From Deltaproteobacteria bacterium (GTDB lineage: Bacteria; Desulfobacterota; DSM-4660; Desulfatiglandales; HGW-15): a DNA stretch of 64,000 bases. Made by a program: the position numbers and the translations under genes. Below are positions 18,334 to 26,621 of the stretch, piece after piece. Each line of letters starts with the position of its first letter. The first letter of the stretch is position 1. The notes under the pieces are model-generated. The model was not told the origin of the DNA and ran no database searches. It worked only from the letters and a program-made list of their open reading frames with translations. The DNA is taken from positions 8,828 to 72,827 of the forward strand of contig JAFDEE010000004.1 of the NCBI GenBank assembly GCA_019310525.1. Direction: 5' to 3'.

Positions 18334-19686
18334 TCAAACCCTTTCTTTCATGCGCTCCAGGGTCCCTTCCACCAGGGAGCGAATCTCCTGAAGTCTTTCT
18401 TCGCTCTGGGCCTCGAACCGCAGTACCAGGATCGGCCCGGTGTTGGAGGCCCGCAAGAGTCCCCATCCGTCCGGAAAGAGGACCCGTACCCCATCCACGT
18501 CGATGATCTCATGATCCTTGGCGAGTTCCTCCTTGACTTTCTCCACGAGTTTGAATTTCTTGTCCTCGGGGCATTCAACCCGGATCTCCGGCGTGTTGTA
18601 GACCTCGGGTAGGTCCGCCAGGCAGCGGCTCAGGGGCTCCCGGTTCCGGGAGAGGAGCTCCAACAGCCGGCAGGCCGCGTAAATGGCGTCGTCATAGCCG
18701 AAGTAGCGGTCCGCAAAGAAGAGGTGTCCGCTCATCTCACCCGCCAGGACGGCCTTCTCCTCCCTTAGTTTTTTCTTGATCAGGGAATGACCGGTCTTCC
18801 ACATGATGGCACGGCCTCCATGGGACCGGATATCGTTGTACATGTTTTGGGAGCACTTCACTTCCCCAATGAAAGTGGCCCCGGGAATTTCCTTCAGGAT
18901 TTCCCGGGAAAAGAGGACCACCAGCATGTCTCCCCAGATGATGCGGCCCTTGTCGTCGACCACGCCGATGCGGTCCGCGTCCCCGTCAAAACCGATGCCC
19001 GCTTCGAGTCCCTGATCCAGGACGGTCCGGATCAGGGTCTCCATGTTCTTGGGGACGGTGGGATCGGGCTGGTGGTTGGGAAAGCGGCCGTCCATTTCGA
19101 AAAAGAGCTCCACGGGATCGCATCCCAGTCTCCGCAGGATGGGGCCTGCCACAACCCCCCCGGTCCCGTTCCCGGCATCCAGGGCCACCTTGACGGGCCG
19201 CTCCAGGGTTATGTTGCGGGCAAGGTAATCCTGGTAGGGGGTGATAATGTCGTAGGTTTCCACCGAGCCTTTCCCCTCACGCAGGGTGCCCCGCTCAAGG
19301 AGTCTCCTGAATTCCTGGATTTCTTCCCCGAAGATGGTGTCCGGCCCCAGGCAGACCTTGAAGCCGTTGTACTCGGGAGGATTGTGGCTTGCCGTGATCA
19401 TGAGACCGCCGTCGGCCTCGAGGTGACGGATGGCGAAGTAGAGAAGCGGGGTCGGACAAACTCCAATATCGATCACGCGAGTGCCCGAATCCAGGAGGCC
19501 TTTCACCAGGGCATCCCGGATTTTCGGAGAGCTGAGTCGGCAGTCCCGTCCGACTATGGCCCGCGTTCCTCCATGCTCTGAAAGGTAGGTCCCGTAACCG
19601 CGCCCGATTAGCTCCACGTCTTCCAGGTTGAAATCCTTCTCCAGGATGCCGCGGATATCGTATTCCCTGAATATCTCTTTCTTCAT
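18334..19686 (-). CDS. phosphomannomutase/phosphoglucomutase
   Basis: The start was moved to ATG 19686 (MKKEIFREYDIRG, RBS AAGGAGA). Motifs: TASHNPPEYNGFK (active-site Ser loop), DGDADR and GEMSGH. Confidence 0.9.
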   Translation of the reverse strand: MKKEIFREYDIRGILEKDFNLEDVELIGRGYGTYLSEHGGTRAIVGRDCRLSSPKIRDALVKGLLDSGTRVIDIGVCPTPLLYFAIRHLEADGGLMITASHNPPEYNGFKVCLGPDTIFGEEIQEFRRLLERGTLREGKGSVETYDIITPYQDYLARNITLERPVKVALDAGNGTGGVVAGPILRRLGCDPVELFFEMDGRFPNHQPDPTVPKNMETLIRTVLDQGLEAGIGFDGDADRIGVVDDKGRIIWGDMLVVLFSREILKEIPGATFIGEVKCSQNMYNDIRSHGGRAIMWKTGHSLIKKKLREEKAVLAGEMSGHLFFADRYFGYDDAIYAACRLLELLSRNREPLSRCLADLPEVYNTPEIRVECPEDKKFKLVEKVKEELAKDHEIIDVDGVRVLFPDGWGLLRASNTGPILVLRFEAQSEERLQEIRSLVEGTLERMKERV

Positions 19687-19841
19687 GGATGCCTTTCTCC
19701 TTTCCCCTTTTGTTGTTTTCGCCATGGCATTGCAAAGGAGAGATTCTTTCCGGCCCGTTTCGAGTTTGCCCGCCCGCCCGGCCCTTGGCGAAACTCTCTC
19801 CCATCACCCCCCAGGCCGGGATGGAGTTCTCCGAATGTTCG

Positions 19842-21068
19842 TTAGAATTCCGGATCGAGGATGACGGGTCTCCCGGTCCTTTTGGCCTCCCGGGCGAGCT
19901 CGTAAGCCTCATTGTACTGCCCGGCAACCACTTCCCACGAAGCGACCTCGTCCAAGTATCGCTTCAGATTTTCCCCCAGTTTGAGCCTGAGTGTCTCGTC
20001 ACTGGCCAGCCGGATCACCTTCTCCCTGAGCATCGCCTTGGTGGTGAACAGCAGACCCCCCTCGCTCTCCAGGGTCTGGGCCGTCAATCCCTCCATGGGT
20101 GCGGTGGTGATGTAAGGTTTGTTCAGGGCGATGATACGGGCCAGGGTCCCTGATTGGGTTTCGTCGGTCGAGGGGAGCACGATGAAGTCGCAGGCCCCCA
20201 TCACCTTGTAATAGATCTCACCCCTCGGGATGAACTCATAGTAATGGGCGATTCCCTTGAGCTGGAGCTCGAGGGCATCGGATTTCCAGCGCTCGTAGTC
20301 GGCCTGATGGGAAGGGTCCCGCATGGTGCCCGCTGCAAGAAGATCCCATTCCTGGCCGCAGCGGACCTTCAGTTCCTCATGGATCTCCTCCCACATGGAG
20401 AGAAGGATGTCCCATCGCTTGTTGGATTGGATCCAGCCTATCATTCCCACCAGGTGTTCCGCGAGGCCCATCTTGTCGAAACCGAGTTCCGCCCGCACCC
20501 GTGGTATCTCATGGATGCCCAGGCGCCTGTCGGGTCTGGCGCCGTGGGGCACCACCATGACGTTTCGCGGAGTCTCCCAGCCGTATCCAGGAAAGGTCCA
20601 GTCGAGTCTCCACTTCTGGTAGTGGCACTTGAAGAGCACCACATCGCTTCTTTGGCAAAGTTCGTAGATGAAGTTGGCCTCGAAGGTCCTCAGACGGCCG
20701 TGGACGGTGTGAGGTTCCACGACGATGGGGAATTCCGAGATGGCCTCGAGGAGGGTCAAAAAGCCCTCGTTGCCGTCTCCGATGCCCCGCTTGTCCCGGT
20801 ATTCATAAAGGCCGTACTCGTGTTCCAAGTGGACCGCATACGGGTTCAGATCCCTGATCTTATCGGCCACAGGCCTCCACCAGTCCTGGCGTCCCATGTC
20901 GATCAAGGGGAAGACGCCTTCCCCTTCTCCGTCAGTATGGCTGATGACCAGAACCTGCCTGCCGGGATTCGCCTTCTGTATGAATTCCCGGGCCTCTTCG
21001 GCAAAGGTGGCGATGCCGCAAAGCCTCGGGGGATAGGAGCTGACCATGACGATGGGAGAGTTATCCAT
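19842..21068 (-). CDS. GT4-family glycosyltransferase
   Basis: The start was moved to ATG 21068 (MDNSPIVMVSSYPPRLCGIATF). It shares the PPR.CGIATF N-terminal motif with the next gene and has a C-terminal E..G motif region. Confidence 0.75.
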   Translation of the reverse strand: MDNSPIVMVSSYPPRLCGIATFAEEAREFIQKANPGRQVLVISHTDGEGEGVFPLIDMGRQDWWRPVADKIRDLNPYAVHLEHEYGLYEYRDKRGIGDGNEGFLTLLEAISEFPIVVEPHTVHGRLRTFEANFIYELCQRSDVVLFKCHYQKWRLDWTFPGYGWETPRNVMVVPHGARPDRRLGIHEIPRVRAELGFDKMGLAEHLVGMIGWIQSNKRWDILLSMWEEIHEELKVRCGQEWDLLAAGTMRDPSHQADYERWKSDALELQLKGIAHYYEFIPRGEIYYKVMGACDFIVLPSTDETQSGTLARIIALNKPYITTAPMEGLTAQTLESEGGLLFTTKAMLREKVIRLASDETLRLKLGENLKRYLDEVASWEVVAGQYNEAYELAREAKRTGRPVILDPEF

Positions 21069-21082
21069 TGCTTGACTCCGAA

Positions 21083-23377
21083 TCAACGTTGGCCGGGCAA
21101 TTGCTGGACCGCCTCGGTCCCCATCAGGTTGTGAAAGCTCATGATGGAAAGGAGGCAGGCCAGGGTGGATTCCGCCCCTTGGTTCAAGTTCGGGCCGTCC
21201 GCCGTGAGACCGTCGCGGCAACCCCCCGTGGTATAGTCATACAAAGGGGTGTTCAGGTCGTTCCTGCCGAAGAACCAATCAAGGGCCCGTCTTGCCTCCT
21301 CGATCCACCTCCTGTCCCGGGTGACGTGGTAGGCCTCGATACAGGCATCGATCATGCCCTGGGCCTCGATCGGTTGCTGGTCGAATCGGGCCCGTTCCCC
21401 GTTCCTGGAATACCATCCCCGATTCCCGATGGGCACGAAATGGCCTTTTGGATCGGTCTGAATCCGCACGAGCCAGTCCAGTGAACGAAGTCCGGCCTCG
21501 ATCATTTCTCCATTCTGCAACCACTGCCCCGACAGGAGAAGGGCCTGGGGAATCTTTCCATTGGCATAGGTGACGATATCCTCTATCCAGGGCCAATCCG
21601 GGGTCGCGTTGGCCCGGAAAAGATCGAAAAGGCCGTTGGCCAGGGTCTCCCTGAGACGTCGCACTTCGCTGTCCCCGCTGTATTTTCGCAAGTAGGCGTG
21701 AATACCCACCAGCCCGAAGGCCATGGCCCTGGGGGCCTGGAACCCGGACATAGCGGGAAGGGCCCGTTCAAAGAGGTTCAAGGCGACCCCTGTTAAGTTC
21801 TGGGACCGTGAAAGGGCGACCGCCATGCCAAGGGCCCAGATGGCCCTGGCGTGGCTGTCTTCCGAGCCCATTTCCTCCTGCCACTTGCGGTCGTATCCCA
21901 TGAAATTCCGGAAACGGCCGTTCTCCGCGTTCAGGGCATGTTCCAGGAAACTCAAGTACCTGCAGGCCAGGATATCAAGTTCTTTTTCCCCCGAGATCAA
22001 ATCCCGGGCCATCAGAACGGCGATCAGGGCCCTCGCGTTGTCGTCGGTGCAGTACCCGTAAGCGCGGTCCGGCACGATGAATTTCGCATGCTGGAGAATA
22101 CCCACGTCATCGGTCAAGAGCTTGAGATGATCGAATTTAGGCTGGGGTAGGTCCGGCGAGGTGGCGTCCAGGGCCTTGGTTTGAAAGGTGGGCCTGGGAT
22201 GAAGTTCCCGTTCCTGTTTCACCTCGCCGAAGATCTCCAGGTACCGCCTGGCCACCTCTTTCCAGACCATGTTCCGGCAATAGGTGTAGGCCCGCTTTCG
22301 CATGGCATGCCGTTCCACTTCATTGGCCAGCAGGTCGTTGATCTCCGCCGCAAGGGCCTTTGAGTCCCGGAAGGGTACGAGCCGTCCCCTGCCTTCCCCC
22401 AGCATCTCCTCGGCATACCAGTAGGGAGTGGAAATGGTCGCCTTTCCCGTGCCAAGGGCATAGGCAAGGGTTCCGGAGACGATCTGATCGCGGTTCAAGT
22501 ACGGGGTTACATAGACATCGGCGGCCCCCAGGAATTCGATCAGCTCTTTGAGGCTCACAAACCGGTTATGAAATATAATGTGTTTTTCCACTCCCAGGTC
22601 CCGGGCCCTTTGCTGCAGGGAAAAACGATAGGACTCTCCTTCAGTCCGCCTGATGTGGGGGTGAGTGGCGCCCAGGACGATATACTTCGTATCCGGGTGG
22701 ACCCCTACGATCTCAGGGAGGGCGTCGATCATGTGCTCAATGCCCTTCCCGGGTGAAAGCAGGCCGAAGGTCAGGATGACTTTCTGCCCTTCAACTCCGA
22801 ACTGATCCTTGAAGTAGTTGGGATCCACGAAGGGTACGTCGGGAATCCCGTGATGGATCAATACGATCTTCTCGGCGGGGATGTCGTAGATCGACCGGAG
22901 GATCTCTTCGGCCTTGCGGCCCATGACCACCAAGCGCTCCGAACAGCGGGCGATCTCTTCAAGGGTCCTCTTCTGCTCGGAGTCGGGCTCCTGGAGGACC
23001 GTGTGCAGGGTAGTGACCACGGGCATCCGCAGGTTGCCGATGAGTTCCAGGATATGACGGCCGCAAGGCCCCCCGAAGATGCCGAATTCGTGTTGCAGGG
23101 AGACCACCTCTACTTGGTTCATGTTCAAAAAATCGGCGGCCAGGCGGTAATCGGTCAATTTTTTTTGATCCAGTTCAAAACGGACCTGGGGGGGATAGGG
23201 ATAACCCTGGGGAATGTCGTTCATCACGACGGCCCAGCACTGGGTTTCAGGGGCCTCGCGGCGGAAAGCCGCCAAAAGATCGGTGGTGAAGGTGGCGATT
23301 CCGCATTGCCTCGGCAAGTGGTTTCCTATAACGGCCATCCGCTTGGGGGCCGTGCGGAGCAGTTCTCCTCGGTTCAT
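21083..23377 (-). CDS. two-domain protein: N-terminal GT4 glycosyltransferase plus a ~370-aa C-terminal helical domain, possibly an (alpha/alpha)6-toroid glycosidase/epimerase-like fold
   Basis: The start was set at ATG 23377 (RBS AAGGGGAGGA); the longest ORF starts at 23413. The N-terminus carries LPRQCGIATF and GT4 motifs. The C-terminal 371 aa (21086-22198) are rich in regularly spaced W/Y/D helical segments (DDNARAL, WALGMA, WPWIED, GWYSRNG). Confidence 0.75.
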   Translation of the reverse strand: MNRGELLRTAPKRMAVIGNHLPRQCGIATFTTDLLAAFRREAPETQCWAVVMNDIPQGYPYPPQVRFELDQKKLTDYRLAADFLNMNQVEVVSLQHEFGIFGGPCGRHILELIGNLRMPVVTTLHTVLQEPDSEQKRTLEEIARCSERLVVMGRKAEEILRSIYDIPAEKIVLIHHGIPDVPFVDPNYFKDQFGVEGQKVILTFGLLSPGKGIEHMIDALPEIVGVHPDTKYIVLGATHPHIRRTEGESYRFSLQQRARDLGVEKHIIFHNRFVSLKELIEFLGAADVYVTPYLNRDQIVSGTLAYALGTGKATISTPYWYAEEMLGEGRGRLVPFRDSKALAAEINDLLANEVERHAMRKRAYTYCRNMVWKEVARRYLEIFGEVKQERELHPRPTFQTKALDATSPDLPQPKFDHLKLLTDDVGILQHAKFIVPDRAYGYCTDDNARALIAVLMARDLISGEKELDILACRYLSFLEHALNAENGRFRNFMGYDRKWQEEMGSEDSHARAIWALGMAVALSRSQNLTGVALNLFERALPAMSGFQAPRAMAFGLVGIHAYLRKYSGDSEVRRLRETLANGLFDLFRANATPDWPWIEDIVTYANGKIPQALLLSGQWLQNGEMIEAGLRSLDWLVRIQTDPKGHFVPIGNRGWYSRNGERARFDQQPIEAQGMIDACIEAYHVTRDRRWIEEARRALDWFFGRNDLNTPLYDYTTGGCRDGLTADGPNLNQGAESTLACLLSIMSFHNLMGTEAVQQLPGQR

Positions 23378-23470
23378 GCCAATTCCTCCCCTTGAGACTG
23401 AAATGACATGCAACCCCCTTTCGGAAGGTGATGGGCGGAGTCATCCGGATCCGGACAGGATGGTGTCTTA

Positions 23471-23550
23471 GCAGGCTGTTGAAAAACTACTGTACTTTCT
23501 TGCCAACGTTTGCCTTGCCTCAGCTGCGCGCGCTACGTTTTTCAACACCC
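23471..23550. repeat. REP-like palindromic element, copy B1 (GGCTGTTGAAAAACTACTG ... GTTTTTCAAC)
   Basis: 10-bp stem GTTGAAAAAC/GTTTTTCAAC. The first ~30 nt are nearly identical to the reverse complement of 24386-24434. Confidence 0.5.
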
Positions 23551-23692
23551 TGTTAGAGCAAAGAGGAACCGGCACGGGATGAAAGAGATCAAGCGTCATC
23601 GGACCTATGCCATCATACAGGGGTGTTGGGCCTGTGGCAAGCACCGGGAGAGTTTAGGGACCCGGCCTTTGTGGAAACCTTTGCGGAGGTCT

Positions 23693-24034
23693 TCAAAAAA
23701 AACGTTCCAGCCACTCCTGAAAAGAGAGATACTTTCCAGTGTGGTAGTCATAGCAAGGTTCGAGAGGGTTCCTGGCGCCTTCATCTCCCATTTCCTCTGT
23801 CCACCGGGACAGGACATCCCTCAACTCTTCCCCGGGAATTCCGAACTGCCGTGCCAGGGTCTTGGTTCCATGGACGTTCCTGTAAACGGCCGCCATCTGC
23901 CACAGCGCCTTGCGGCGCAGTTCCTCGATCTGATCATCGGGCAGGCCGTGCCGGGAAGCCAGATGGGCCGCCCGGGCATAGTGCCCGGCTTCGATCAAGG
24001 TCCTCAGCTCCTCGTTTTCTATCTTCCCCTCCAT
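23693..24034 (-). CDS. hypothetical small helical protein
   Basis: 113-aa ORF (MEGKIENEELRTLIEAGHYARAAHL...) with coding-like composition and no recognisable motif. Confidence 0.5.
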   Translation of the reverse strand: MEGKIENEELRTLIEAGHYARAAHLASRHGLPDDQIEELRRKALWQMAAVYRNVHGTKTLARQFGIPGEELRDVLSRWTEEMGDEGARNPLEPCYDYHTGKYLSFQEWLERFF

Positions 24035-24385
24035 TGTCCTTTCGCCGTGTTCCTCCCTGAATCTTGCTTGTTTGGCAAACTCAACGCTTGCAAGATTCAG
24101 GTCCTATGATCACCCATTTCCGCCCGTAAATTGGGTTCTTCTTCCCTCGACCTGTATCCGGTCGCAGGCACGAAAAAGGGCCCCTCCGGGGCGCTTCTTT
24201 TCTCGCTTTCCGCCTATTTTTTGGGCGGAAAAGTTTGGAAATTGCAGATGAATTACATATAACACGTTGATATTTTAGGACAATTTACAACATACAGTGA
24301 TAATCATTCAAAGGGGATTGTCAAGGTTCCCGCCCTTTTTTCCTGGCCTGGCCGCTCTTGACAATTCCCGAAAAAGCATTACCAA

Positions 24386-24434
24386 GTTGTTGAAAAATGC
24401 AGCGAGTGCAGTAGTTTTTCAACAGCCTGGCAAG
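24386..24434. repeat. REP-like palindromic element, copy B2 (inverted relative to B1)
   Basis: GTTGAAAAATGCAGCGAGTGCAGTAGTTTTTCAACAGCC. Its reverse complement matches the B1 5' end at about 27 of 30 positions. Confidence 0.5.
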
Positions 24435-24568
24435 TCTTTTTCAGGGCCGATGACCATGCCTCCGGCGACGACAGGACGGCCCGCTTGCGGGCCGTCCTGT
24501 CGGGTGAAGTATCCGGAAAACGGCTCCTCTTTTTGTGTCTGGATTTTCGGAAAAAAGGAAGAAGCCTG

Positions 24569-25501
24569 ATGGAAAGAGCATTGTTTTTGGAGAAATATTC
24601 AATCCGGCCCGAGGAATTCGAAAGGGCGGGCTTGAGCTGGGAAGAGCTCCTTGCAATCAGAGACGACCACCGTCGGAATCAGGATCGCCTGGAGGCGGCC
24701 GCCAGGTACGTATCGGACCGTTTGGGCACGGTCGAGGAGGTTCACAGCATCAAGACCCGGATCAAGGATCCGGAGCACCTTATAGAGAAAATCATCAGAA
24801 AGAGGTTGGAAGACCCAACCCTTGTCCTGGATCGTGAGACCTACCGGTTCGTCATCACCGACCTGGCCGGGGTAAGAGCCCTCCATCTTTTCAAGGAGGA
24901 CTGGGAAAAAATCCACGAATTCATCATCCACACATGGGAACTGCGAAGAAATCCCGTCGCCAACGTCTGCGAAGACGACCATGACCGTTTCGTAAAGCGC
25001 TTCAAGGAAAGGGGATGCGAGATACACAAGCATCCCTTCGGTTATCGTTCCGTTCATTACCTGGTTTCCTTCGCACCTTCCAAGGTGGAATTCACCACGG
25101 TTGAAATCCAGGTCCGCACCATCCTGGAGGAGGCGTGGAGTGAGATCGATCACATGATCCGCTATCCTTACCGGGCGGATAAAACAGCCCTCTCACCGTA
25201 TCTCGTCTTCCTCAACCGGCTCCTGGGGAACGCCGATGAAATGGGTTCCTTCATCAAGCTGCTCAATGACAACATCAGCGGTAAGTCCAGGGATCGCTAT
25301 ACCCGTGATTGGAAGAACAGGAGCCCGATCCATTACCTGAAAAGAGACGTGGACGGTCTCCCCGTTGAGATGAATATCAAGCGTTTGCTCCAGGAAAGGA
25401 TCCAGTCCCTTGAAAAACATCTCCTCTCCCTCAAAACCATGCCCTCCTATGACAGTGTGACCGAGGCCTTTTCTTCTCCCCACACCGGGACCCCATCGTG
25501 A
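24569..25501 (+). CDS. RelA/SpoT-domain protein (small alarmone synthetase-like nucleotide pyrophosphokinase) with a C-terminal extension
   Basis: The start was moved to ATG 24569 (MERALF, RBS AAGGAAG). Synthetase motifs: KTRIKDPEHLIEKIIRK, ITDLAGVRAL, GYRSVHYLV and VEIQVRTILEEAWSEIDH. Confidence 0.8.
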   Translation: MERALFLEKYSIRPEEFERAGLSWEELLAIRDDHRRNQDRLEAAARYVSDRLGTVEEVHSIKTRIKDPEHLIEKIIRKRLEDPTLVLDRETYRFVITDLAGVRALHLFKEDWEKIHEFIIHTWELRRNPVANVCEDDHDRFVKRFKERGCEIHKHPFGYRSVHYLVSFAPSKVEFTTVEIQVRTILEEAWSEIDHMIRYPYRADKTALSPYLVFLNRLLGNADEMGSFIKLLNDNISGKSRDRYTRDWKNRSPIHYLKRDVDGLPVEMNIKRLLQERIQSLEKHLLSLKTMPSYDSVTEAFSSPHTGTPS

Positions 25502-25561
25502 TTCCTCCCGGTTGACGAAAGGGGACCAGGAACCTGCGGGAAAAAGGAGGACGGGTCCCCC

Positions 25562-25589
25562 TTGACAAACCGAAAATCCAGATTATTCA
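25562..25589 (+). promoter_or_regulatory. possible sigma70 promoter (TTGACA-16-TATTCA) for the Hsp20 gene, implying a ~185-nt leader
   Basis: Hexamers read directly. Confidence 0.3.
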
Positions 25590-25779
25590 TTTTAAAAACA
25601 GTGAGATAGAACGGGATCGGAAAGGGATTGAAATCCAGGGCCTCAGTCGGGTTCCTGCAGCAATCTTCGATAAGGGAAAGGCATATCGTCCCGCCTGTGG
25701 GTCATGACCCAAAGGCGCCCCCCTCTTTTTCTTGATCTTTTCAGGCTCTGGAAACCCAAGACAATGAGGAGGTGAAATC

Positions 25780-26514
25780 ATGGCCGTATCCGAAAAAGCA
25801 AAAGAGAAACTCGATGAGGCGAGCAGGGAAATCAAGGAGGCTATAGACAATCTCAAGCAGGAGGTTGTGGAACTCTCCTCAAAGGTCAAGGAAAAGCTCA
25901 AAGGAACCGGAGAGGAGATGCGGGTGGGCGTGGAAGAGCTCACCCGGGAAGTGAAAGCCCTCTCAGAGAGAGTCAAGGATCTGATTCCGAAAAGGAGAAG
26001 AAGTGGCCAGGTTCCAGTGAGGGTTCAGAGGACCCCGGGATTTTATCCAGGCACCTGGGAGCAGCCTTTCCTGGAACTTCGAAGAGCGACGGATCGCCTT
26101 TTCGATGAATTCTATCGAACTTTTCAGTGGCCCATGGGTCGCTGGAGAGGCCCTCTGGGATGGCCGGGGGAAATCCTCCAGCCGGATTGGCCCCGGGTGG
26201 ATGTTATCGAGGATGATGAAGAAATTCGAATCACCGCGGAGCTGCCCGGGGTGGAAAGGGACGACCTGGAAGTCTTGCTTAGCGAAGGACGGATTATCAT
26301 CCGGGGGGAAAAAGGGGGGCAGGAAGAACAAAAGCACCGGGACTATTATCAGATAGAAAGATATTATGGCGCCTTTTCAAGGAGCATTCCACTTCCCTGT
26401 GAGGTCGATTCCGAGAAAGTGGAAGCGACCTTCAGGGACGGGGTGCTAACCATCCTGCTTCCCAAGAGGGAAGACGCTCGAAGGCGCACGAGGATTACCG
26501 TCAGGGCGGCCTAG
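25780..26514 (+). CDS. Hsp20/alpha-crystallin small heat-shock protein with a long N-terminal charged helical extension
   Basis: 244 aa with a strong RBS (GAGGAGG). The alpha-crystallin domain runs from about aa 137 (VDVIEDDEEIRITAELPGVERDDLEV..GVLTILLPK). Residues 1-75 are a K/E-rich heptad-like sequence. Confidence 0.85.
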   Translation: MAVSEKAKEKLDEASREIKEAIDNLKQEVVELSSKVKEKLKGTGEEMRVGVEELTREVKALSERVKDLIPKRRRSGQVPVRVQRTPGFYPGTWEQPFLELRRATDRLFDEFYRTFQWPMGRWRGPLGWPGEILQPDWPRVDVIEDDEEIRITAELPGVERDDLEVLLSEGRIIIRGEKGGQEEQKHRDYYQIERYYGAFSRSIPLPCEVDSEKVEATFRDGVLTILLPKREDARRRTRITVRAA

Positions 26515-26621
26515 CGGAAATGGAAGGAGGGGCCGCTCCCTTCCGGCCTGTAGATCCTTTCTTTGGTTGAGCAACCCGATCCGCTGGGGAAGGGGTATCA
26601 TGAAGAATAGGAGGGTGCCGA

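Noticed and set aside
23693-25501. The 113-aa gene and the RelA/SpoT-domain gene as a toxin-antitoxin (toxSAS) pair
   Set aside because: The genes are divergent and 534 nt apart, with a REP-like element between them, rather than forming a tight co-oriented bicistron.
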